This document shows, in pieces, positions 14,521 through 25,000 of a stretch of DNA of 64,000 bases. Every line of letters begins with the position of its first letter. Position 1 is the first letter of the stretch. Position numbers and translations under genes: made by a program. The stretch comes from Auanema rhodensis (lineage: Eukaryota > Animalia > Nematoda), in the NCBI GenBank assembly GCA_964057225.1, contig OZ059895.1, forward strand, positions 18,352,001 to 18,416,000, in the 5' to 3' direction. The notes below the pieces were generated by a model. That model worked only from the letters and a program-made list of their open reading frames with translations. It ran no database searches and had not been told where the DNA came from.

Positions 14521-16296
14521 ACACATATCCGTGTCTCAATTTCTTTATTCAAACCTACAGTACTTCGAGCCTATAAATGAAATATTGGAGGTGAAACCAA
14601 GTGCTGTCTACGTTATTTCAGATAGAAATTAATAGAATACTCTCAGTATTATGACGCTTGAGGCATTTCCCATTGTCATTATCTTCTACATTTTCAAAAC
14701 AAAAAGGATTTCTGGAGATATGGGGAATTGAACCCCAGCCCTCTCCCATGCTAAGGGAGCGCTCTACCACTGAGCTATATCCCCACAGATATCCGTGTCT
14801 CAATTTCTTTATTCAAACCTACAGTACTTCGAGCCTATAAATGAAATATTGGAGGTGAAACCAAGTGCTGTCTACGTTGTTTCAAATAGAAAATAATAGA
14901 ATACTCTCTGTATTATGACGCTTGAGGCATTTTCCAATGTCATTATCTTCTACATTTTCAAAACAAAAAGGATTTCTGGAGATATGGGGAATTGAACCCC
15001 AGCCCTCTCCCATGCTAAGGGAGCGCTCTACCACTGAGCTATATCCCCACACATATCCGTGTCTCAATTTCTTTATTCAAACCTACAGTACTTCGAGACT
15101 ATAAATGAAATATTGGAGGTGAAAACAAGTGCTGTCTACGTTGTTTCAAATAGAAAATAATAGAATATTCTCTGTATTATGACGCTTGAAGCATTTTCCA
15201 ATGTCATTATCTTCTACATTTTCAAAACAAAAAGGATTTCTGGAGATATGGGGAATTGAACCCCAGCCCTCTCCCATGCTAAGGGAGCGCTCTACCACTG
15301 AGCTATATCCCCACACATATCCGTGTCTCAATTTCTTTATTCAAACCTACAGTACTTCGAGACTATAAATGAAATATTGGAGGTGAAAACAAGTGCTGTC
15401 TACGTTGTTTCAAATAGAAAATAATAGAATAATCTCTGTATTATGACGCTTGAGGCATTTTCCAATGTCATTATCTTCTACATTTTCAAAACAAAAAGGA
15501 TTTCTGGAGATATGGGGAATTGAACCCCAGCCCTCTCCCATGCTAAGGGAGCGCTCTACCACTGAGCTATATCCCCACACATATCCGTGTCTCAATTTCT
15601 TTATTCAAACCTACAGTACTTCGAGCCTATAAATGAAATATTGGAGGTGAAACCAAGTGCTGTCTACGTTGTTTCAAATAGAAAATAATAGAATACTCTC
15701 TGTATTATGACGCTTGAGGCATTTTCCAATGTCATTATCTTCTACATTTTCAAAACAAAAAGGATTTCTGGAGATATGGGGAATTGAACCCCAGCCCTCT
15801 CCCATGCTAAGGGAGCGCTCTACCACTGAGCTATATCCCCACACATATCCGTGTCTCAATTTCTTTATTCAAACCTACAGTACTTCGAGACTATAAATGA
15901 AATATTGGAGGTGAAAACAAGTGCTGTCTACGTTGTTTCAAATAGAAAATAATAGAATAATCTCTGTATTATGACGCTTGAGGCATTTTCCAATGTCATT
16001 ATCTTCTACATTTTCAAAACAAAAAGGATTTCTGGAGATATGGGGAATTGAACCCCAGCCCTCTCCCATGCTAAGGGAGCGCTCTACCACTGAGCTATAT
16101 CCCCACACATATCCGTGTCTCAATTTCTTTATTCAAACCTACAGTACTTCGAGCCTATAAATAAAATATTGGAGGTGAAACCAAGTGCTGTCTACGTTGT
16201 TTCAAATAGAAAATAATAGAATACTCTCTGTATTATGACGCTTGAGGCATTTCCCATTGTCATTATCTTCTACATTTTCAAAACAAAAAGGATTTC

Positions 16297-17160
16297 TGGA
16301 GATATGGGGAATTTAACCCCAGCCCTCTCCCATGCTAAGGGAGCGCTCTACCACTGAGCTATATCCCCACACATATCCGTGTCTCAATTTCTTTATTCAA
16401 ACCTACAGTACTTCGAGCCTATAAATGAAATATTGGAGGTGAAAACAAGTGCTGTCTACGTTGTTTCAAATAGAAAATAATAGAATAATCTCTGTATTAT
16501 GACGCTTGAGGCATTTTCCAATGTCATTATCTTCTACATTTTCAAAACAAAAAGGATTTCTGGAGATATGGGGAATTGAACACCAGCCCTCTCCCATGCT
16601 AAGGGAGCGCTCTACCACTGAGCTATATCCCCACACATGTCCGTGTCTCAATTTCTTTATTCAAACCTACAGTACTTCGAGACTATAAATGAAATATTGG
16701 AGGTGAAAACAAGTGCTGTCTACGTTGTTTCAAATAGAAAATAATAGAATAATCTCTGTATTATGACGCTTGAGGCATTTTCCAATGTCATTATCTTCTA
16801 CATTTTCAAAACAAAAAGGATTTCTGGAGATATGGGGAATTGAACCCCAGCCCTCTCCCATGCTAAGGGAGCGCTCTACCACTGAGCTATATCACCACAC
16901 ATATCCGTGTCTCAATTTCTTTATTCAAACCTACAGTACTTCGAGACTATAAATGAAATATTGGAGGTGAAAACAAGTGCTGTCTACGTTGTTTCAAATA
17001 GAAAATAATAGAATAATCTCTGTATTATGACGCTTGAGGCATTTTCCAATGTCATTATCTTCTACATTTTCAAAACAAAAAGGATTTCTGGAGATATGGG
17101 GAATTGAACACCAGCCCTCTCCCATGCTAAGGGAGCGCTCTACCACTGAGCTATATCCCC
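16297..17160 (-). pseudogene. Duplicate block of four mutant tRNA-Ala copies (C56A, G52U, G3U, G52U)
   Basis: Same variants in the same order exactly 2640 bp (10 units) to the right. Confidence 0.7.
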
Positions 17161-19728
17161 ACACATATCCGTGTCTCAATTTCTTTATTCAAACCTACAG
17201 TACTTCGAGCCTATAAATGAAATATTGGAGGTGAAACCAAGTGCTGTCTACGTTATTTCAGATAGAAATTAATAGAATACTCTCAGTATTATGACGCTTG
17301 AGGCATTTCCCATTGTCATTATCTTCTACATTTTCAAAACAAAAAGGATTTCTGGAGATATGGGGAATTGAACCCCAGCCCTCTCCCATGCTAAGGGAGC
17401 GCTCTACCACTGAGCTATATCCCCACAGATATCCGTGTCTCAATTTCTTTATTCAAACCTACAGTACTTCGAGACTATAAATGAAATATTGGAGGTGAAA
17501 ACAAGTGCTGTCTACGTTGTTTCAAATAGAAAATAATAGAATACTCTCTGTATTATGACGCTTGAGGCATTTTCCAATGTCATTATCTTCTACATTTTCA
17601 AAACAAAAAGGATTTCTGGAGATATGGGGAATTGAACCCCAGCCCTCTCCCATGCTAAGGGAGCGCTCTACCACTGAGCTATATCCCCACACATATCCGT
17701 GTCTCAATTTCTTTATTCAAACCTACAGTACTTCGAGCCTATAAATGAAATATTGGAGGTGAAACCAAGTGCTGTCTACGTTATTTCAGATAGAAATTAA
17801 TAGAATACTCTCAGTATTATGACGCTTGAGGCATTTCCCATTGTCATTATCTTCTACATTTTCAAAACAAAAAGGATTTCTGGAGATATGGGGAATTGAA
17901 CCCCAGCCCTCTCCCATGCTAAGGGAGCGCTCTACCACTGAGCTATATCCCCACAGATATCCGTGTCTCAATTTCTTTATTCAAACCTACAGTACTTCGA
18001 GACTATAAATGAAATATTGGAGGTGAAAACAAGTGCTGTCTACGTTGTTTCAAATAGAAATTAATAGAATAATCTCTGTATTATGACGCTTGAGGCATTT
18101 TCCAATGTCATTATCTTCTACATTTTCAAAACAAAAAGGATTTCTGGAGATATGGGGAATTGAACCCCAGCCCTCTCCCATGCTAAGGGAGCGCTCTACC
18201 ACTGAGCTATATCCCCATACATGTACGTGTTTCAATTTCTTTATTCAAACCTACAGTACTTCGAGACTATAAATGAAATATTGGAGGTGAAAACAAGTGC
18301 TGTCTACGTTGTTTAAAATAGAAATTAATAGAATACTCTCTGTATTATGACGCTTGAAGCATTTTCCAATGTCATTATCTTCTACATTTTCAAAACAAAA
18401 AGGATTTCTGGAGATATGGGGAATTGAACCCCAGCCCTCTCCCATGCTAAGGGAGCGCTCTACCACTGAGCTATATCCCCACACATGTACGTGTCTCAAT
18501 TTCTTTATTCAAACCTACAGTACTTCGAGACTATAAATGAAATATTGGAGGTGAAAACAAGTGCTGTCTACGTTGTTTAAAATAGAAATTAATAGAATAC
18601 TCTCTGTATTATGACGCTTGAAGCATTTTCCAATGTCATTATCTTCTACATTTTCAAAACAAAAAGGATTTCTGGAGATATGGGGAATTGAACCCCAGCC
18701 CTCTCCCATGCTAAGGGAGCGCTCTACCACTGAGCTATATCCCCATACATGTACGTGTTTCAATTTCTTTATTCAAACCTACAGTACTTCGAGACTATAA
18801 ATGAAATATTGGAGGTGAAAACAAGTGCTGTCTACGTTGTTTAAAATAGAAATTAATAGAATACTCTCTGTATTATGACGCTTGAAGCATTTTCCAATGT
18901 CATTATCTTCTACATTTTCAAAACAAAAAGGATTTCTGGAGATATGGGGAATTGAACCCCAGCCCTCTCCCATGCTAAGGGAGCGCTCTACCACTGAGCT
19001 ATATCCCCACACATGTACGTGTCTCAATTTCTTTATTCAAACCTACAGTACTTCGAGACTATAAATGAAATATTGGAGGTGAAAACAAGTGCTGTCTACG
19101 TTGTTTAAAATAGAAATTAATAGAATACTCTCTGTATTATGACGCTTGAAGCATTTTCCAATGTCATTATCTTCTACATTTTCAAAACAAAAAGGATTTC
19201 TGGAGATATGGGGAATTGAACCCCAGCCCTCTCCCATGCTAAGGGAGCGCTCTACCACTGAGCTATATCCCCATACATGTACGTGTTTCAATTTCTTTAT
19301 TCAAACCTACAGTACTTCGAGACTATAAATGAAATATTGGAGGTGAAAACAAGTGCTGCCTACGTTGTTTCAAATAGAAATTAATAGAATACTCTCTGTA
19401 TTATGACGCTTGAAGCATTTTCCAATGTCATTATCTTCTACATTTTCAAAACAAAAAGGATTTCTGGAGATATGGGGAATTGAACCCCAGCCCTCTCCCA
19501 TGCTAAGGGAGCGCTCTACCACTGAGCTATATCCCCACACATGTACGTGTCTCAATTTCTTTATTCAAACCTACAGTACTTCGAGACTATAAATGAAATA
19601 TTGGAGGTGAAAACAAGTGCTGTCTACGTTGTTTCAAATAGAAAATAATAGAATAATCTCTGTATTATGACGCTTGAAGCATTTTCCAAAGTCATTATCT
19701 TCTACATTTTCAAAACAAAAAGGATTTC

Positions 19729-19800
19729 TGGAGATATGGGGAATTGAACCCCAGCCCTCTCCCATGCTAAGGGAGCGCTCTACCACTGAGCTATATCCCC
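19729..19800 (-). tRNA. tRNA-Ala(AGC), terminal copy nearest the acr-3 exon
   Basis: Identical to the canonical copy; G1 lies 57 nt after the end of the acr-3 exon. Confidence 0.98.
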
Positions 19801-19857
19801 ACACATGTACGTGTTTCAAGTTCTTTATTCCTTTTATACTTAAGTTTTCGGTCTTAC

Positions 19858-20219
19858 CATTGTTGGCCAAACATTTGTGTGCATTATTTGATTTTTTTCA
19901 TCAATATTTATCAGTAATACCAAAGCTAAGCTAAAGGCAACCTGTAACTTAATATCAATTTTGCTCAGAGTGTATTTAAAGTAAACCTGTATTGGCGGTG
20001 ATGAACAGTTTTGCACTGGTCTTATGAGAGAGTTATAACCATAAAAAAGGTCAGAAGTGAGGCGATGCTCATCTTGTGAACTAATAATGATATTTAAGTG
20101 GCTCACAAAATAAGCTGAAATATGATTTCTAGTATTTTTAATCTTTTTTTATTTCTTTTTTTTTTAATCTTTTTTTATTCGCTGTATACCAAAGTTTCGC
20201 TTAGATAAAATAGGGTCAT
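19858..20219 (-). CDS. acr-3: Non-alpha nicotinic acetylcholine receptor subunit ACR-3, 5' exons only; rest presumably beyond the array; start unresolved or frameshifted
   Basis: Exons 20114-19987 (..[31 protein letters not shown]) and 19941-19858 (VAFSLALVLLINIDEKNQIMHTNVWPTM), then donor GTAAGA. The FSLAxVLLIN and NVWPTM motifs match recalled C. elegans ACR-3, and the position directly behind acr-2 agrees. Candidate first exon 20219-20190. Confidence 0.85.
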
Positions 20220-20367
20220 CTACAAGTATGCTTATTTATTATGAGAATTGAGAATCGTTTCGTTAGTTTTACACGTACTTTGCGTTGAAAATATATATCA
20301 TCGGATACATTGTTGTTTATACTAAATAATATATTATACCGATACTTTCACTAATTTTTGTTTTGTT

Positions 20368-21966
20368 TTAATCAGTAATATTGAGATATTTCGAATTAAG
20401 TTTCTTGATAATTTGTTCTTGATCTACAAAGTCAAAAACATGTGGAGCTGACAATATGATTCCAACAGTACCACCTGAAATATGAAAATTATGTTTTATT
20501 TTATTTGTATTATGTGTCTCGCCCAATGTTATTCCAAAAAATACTAGTAACAATAAACGATCTATGACCATTGCAACATATTTCCAATCGTCCCGAATCT
20601 AAATTTTTTTAATGTTTGTCACCGTATAGTAATGAATAGTTGCCGTGTCTGTAACTTACTTTTTTTCGACTCATTTGAGTTTTCATGTGCTCAGCTATAT
20701 ATGCAATTGATTCAACTGTTGTTTTCATCTGAAATATAATTGTAACAAGTTAATAGATGCAGAAAACATAACCAATTATATCGTACCTCACGACTAATAC
20801 GTTCTTGTTCTGTTCGTGGTGCTTCATTAATAGGTTCCATGCAAGTCGCTTCTGGTATTGCTCCCTACATTTTTCGAAATATATTAAATCTTCTGGTTGT
20901 TATACCTCATTTTTCTTTTTTCGAGAAAATCGTCTACTTAATCGCTTTTTCCATTTCGAACAGTTCTCATGATGTTCTTCAGAATTAGGAGGCTTGGCAA
21001 TTTTTGTTTGTGTCATTTGCAAGAACGGCACTATTGTAGCCGTCATTGAAGGCATAACCAGACCTAAATTATTAGGTTACTGAAGGAATCAAGTTCGAAA
21101 AACTGCTTGCTTGTGAGTGAGTGAAAATCACATGTTAGATCTTAATAATCGGTCATTTAATTCACATTATATATAGTTAATGTTAACTGTGCACAACAAC
21201 CAAGGAAAATATATGTGTATTAAGTTAATATAAAGGAAAGTAAAAGAGAAAATATGTTAAGCTATAGATACTATAGTAAAGAATTCACATCAAACATTTT
21301 CAATAATTTTCGATCAACTTGATTATTGCAGAAAGAAAGACAGAAACAATGAAAAATTGAAAAGTGTAAACTATGTGCAAACTTGACTTAAATCATATAG
21401 ACAGATGTGAATATGATTTATGTATTGAATCTTACTTGGCTCTCCGCTTTCAAAATCTGTATCAGTATCAGTTCGTTCTGTGATTGTATCTTCACAGCTA
21501 CCTAATATATACTTAGATCTAACATATATGTATGTGAGATTTAGTATATAATATATACTATATACAAATGTATATAATGTATATTATTATCAAATATAAT
21601 TTATCCAAATAGTATTTGTAACATACTTGCATCAATAATTTCAGCAGCACAATATTCTTCCACGAAATATCCATTATAAATAGGAATACGTTCTGGACGT
21701 CTCATCATTAAAAATTTTGGCAGAAATTCCAAGAAAATCTGCCGAACCCAATTGGGCATCTCGTGTGATAAAGCACTTCGAAAATAAACATTGACAATGA
21801 TGACTGTGACCTGAAAATTAAAATAAAATAATTCACTGATGCATACAATTATAAAATAAATAAAAAACTAACAACAACAGTTATAATGTTGAGAACAAAT
21901 GCTAATAACAGATATTTTCCCATTAAAGGAATATTTGAAGTTGGTGGTAAGATCTATAAACAAATA

Positions 21967-22012
<46 letters not shown>

Positions 22013-25000
22013 TCTTTTTTTTTTTGAATATCAGTTGAAATTTAACAATATTAATAAAATTATAAAAATTTGACATTTATAGTTTCAAAATTGAGTAGAA
22101 ATAACCTTTGATACAAGAAGGAGAAACACAACCAAAGCCAATAATAAACTTATTGTCAATGATATTTTCTCTCCTGAATCAGCTGGTAAATAAAATGCCA
22201 TCATTGACAAAAATGCCATGAGTACAGTTGGAATAATCAAGATGACTGTATAAAACAATGTTTTCCTGAAATAAGATACATTATATGAATATTTTTTATT
22301 ATGTAAACAGTTAAGAAATAGTTAACCTTCGTATTACAAGATTGAAGACAATTCTGCTTTCCTTGGCATCTCGTTTGGTAACCAAATATCCCGGTACATC
22401 TACGATATGATATAATAAGTTAGCATGAATAAGTTTTTCAACTACCTATTACATCCCAAATTCCACTGAATTGATAATCAGTTAACTGAACAGCTTGTAT
22501 ATTGTTATACCAATTGAGTAAAACCTGTAAAATTAAATTTGGAATTGTTTCTGTTTTTTGATTTGTCTGTTCTACCTCATCCGAATTATAAGTCCATGAT
22601 CCAAATACTAATGTACAGCTTTGCTCATCAAATGGAAACCTGAATAATTATTTTTGTATCCATTAATTTAATGTTTATTATACATACCATTCAACATCTA
22701 TCCGACAACTACTTTTGAACATTGCCGGAGGCACCCAAATCACATCACCTCGATGATCAACAAATGCATTTGACTTGAACGATACCTCATAATTGCCATC
22801 AGCACTGAAAATAAAAATGAAACAAAAATTTATTTATAACTAATATAATAAAAATAAAATATTATAATTATATACAACCGCATTATGATGTATTTGCACG
22901 TAAAATGAACCATAAGCGTGGCTCATTTTTCACGTAATAGGGTGATTGGAATTCATGGAATACATGCATTTATGCTAATTCCCTTATATATATTCTTGAA
23001 AAGAAGATTCGACACACTTTGTGTGATTACTCAATTTGCTTTGTAAGACAAATGTAAAACTATAATTAGGAGAGGAAGTCTTCCGAAACAAATAAGGAAA
23101 GCTTTAGCATGTCGATCTCGCCCACTCATCAGATCTAATTGCACATATAGATCAATTGAATTGCGTTCCGAAACACTGAACTCTTTAAAGCAATCTATGG
23201 TAACTACTCATTATGCATACAATGCGTAATGAAATACTTATAGAATTTGCTTTCACCACATCTTCACCAAATCTTTAGCACGAATGCATGTACTTGACCC
23301 ATTCTCGTTCTCCCTATCTCTCTCAGTCATTACTGATTCTTTAACTTACTTTTTCTTTCTTTTCTTTTTACACCCATCTCTCTTTTTCTCATTCTTCGCT
23401 TATTATTGTTCGAACCAGAAAATGAATATGTTGATATATCTGAAGCTTAATGCCAAAGATTTCAGTGTCTTAATCAAAACATTTTAATGTACAATATCAA
23501 CATTTTAAATCCCTTTTCTTGTTTTTTTTATTTTTCACATCAAATTTTTATTTGAATCGCAATTTGTTTAACGATTATCTGAACTATTGTTTTGTGTGAG
23601 CACATTCGATATGCTCATTTGTGAGCAGCTTTATCTAATTTACAGATGTGCAACTAACAATTCAGATATTTTGGAAATACGTGAAGACACATACGCGATT
23701 GATAAAGAAGCAGAAAAGATAAATATATTGACTAAATTAGTCTACTATTTCACAAAGATATATAATAATTATAAAAACATATAAAAAGACTAAAATCATT
23801 TTTTATTTTACAAAAAATGAAAAAGTTTTTTTATTTTTTGATAAAAAAAAACCAAAAATAGTTTGAACATACTTGTTGAATAGTACAATATCTGGTAACC
23901 ATACACGATCAGAAGGAACATGAATAGTTGAAATGTTACCTGAAAATTAAAGATTTTTATTTTTATAAACTAAAACCAACCATAATCATCAGGATTCCAT
24001 CGTAATTGGAAATCATTCCATTTCATTGTTAGCCATACATTTGTATGCAAGATTTGATTTTTTTCATCCTAAAACGATATGAAAATTGATAAATATTAGA
24101 AAATTAAGCTTAAGCTGAACTTACAACGTTAATTAGAAGAATCATAGCAACTCCAAAATCAACAATAACTGGTGGGCTGCAAAAACATAAAAGTTTTCAA
24201 GAAAAACTGTATACGCTTTGCTTCATAAGCTTAAGGCTTTTCAACTTCAAGCTGATAAACTATTTTACCTGCTCACATTCTGGACTGGCCGAATCAAACT
24301 ATTATATTCTCGAAATAAATCGATTAGAAGTCTCTCCTCATCTTCACCAACTTCATCTAAAAATATATTTTAGAAACACCATTAAAAAAATAAAATAAAA
24401 ATATGATAAGAATATGAATACTTGGTTATTCGATGTATTGAGAACCAATTTTTTTTTTCTTTCATTCTATTTTTTTTATTTTTCATTAATAAAACATAAA
24501 GAAATAGAAGAAGAAATAATTTTGATTTACTAAATTATTTTACTCAGATTGATGAATTAATTGTCAAGCTGTATTAAATATTCATGAATAATAAAAGAAT
24601 ATTATGTATCCTTTTTAGTTCCATTTTTTGCAAAAATAAGAGAAATAAAACATTTTTAATATACATATATATATATATGTATATTATCGATTTCATTTCA
24701 TTTCATAACACCAGAAAGGATTTAAGTTTTTTTCTGTTTATTAAGATGATTGTTGCATGTCAAAAGTTTTAAACAATTTCTTGATTGTTCATGAAATTGT
24801 GTATTGGCTAAAAAGCAATTTGACAATTTTCTCATTCTTTAATGGTCCCAAAACGACTTTCAAAATTTGAAGAACAAAGCATTGCAACTACTTGACAAAT
24901 TTAACCAGTTTTCGGCCACAATAAAAAGTTTCCTCAGATAATTAGAAGAAAATGTAAAAGAGTGAAATGCACAGACTATGGTTTTAGTCTTTGTTGATTA

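Larger units (their letters stand above)
1..19830 (-). repeat. Tandem array of a 264-bp tDNA unit (72-nt tRNA-Ala(AGC) plus 192-nt spacer), 75 copies in window, truncated at left edge
   Basis: tRNA bodies fall at 193+264n..264+264n for n=0..74 (last 19729-19800) with no indel. Homology stops at 19830 (ttctttattc|cttttatact instead of ttctttattc|aaacctacag). Base 1 follows directly on the 5' end of a further copy. Confidence 0.99.

Noticed and set aside
1-19830. CRISPR-like repeat-spacer array
   Set aside because: Spacers are near-identical rather than unique, the conserved part is a tRNA, the DNA is eukaryotic and no cas genes are present.
1-19830. tRNA-derived SINE or recoded tRNA
   Set aside because: Most copies are intact tRNAs with a terminator 8 nt downstream, no poly(A) tail or target-site duplication, and the anticodon is AGC in all copies inspected, agreeing with G3:U70.
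98-19870. About 150 near-identical 60-82 aa ORFs on both strands
   Set aside because: They are translations of the tRNA (WGYSSVVERS is the acceptor stem and D arm) and recur in the same frame only because 264 is divisible by 3; several units contain stops.
19800-19960. Telomere-addition or DNA-elimination break site at the array edge
   Set aside because: No TTAGGC repeats; the TTGGCCAA palindrome at 19863-19870 is acr-3 coding sequence. Elimination cannot be judged from this window alone.
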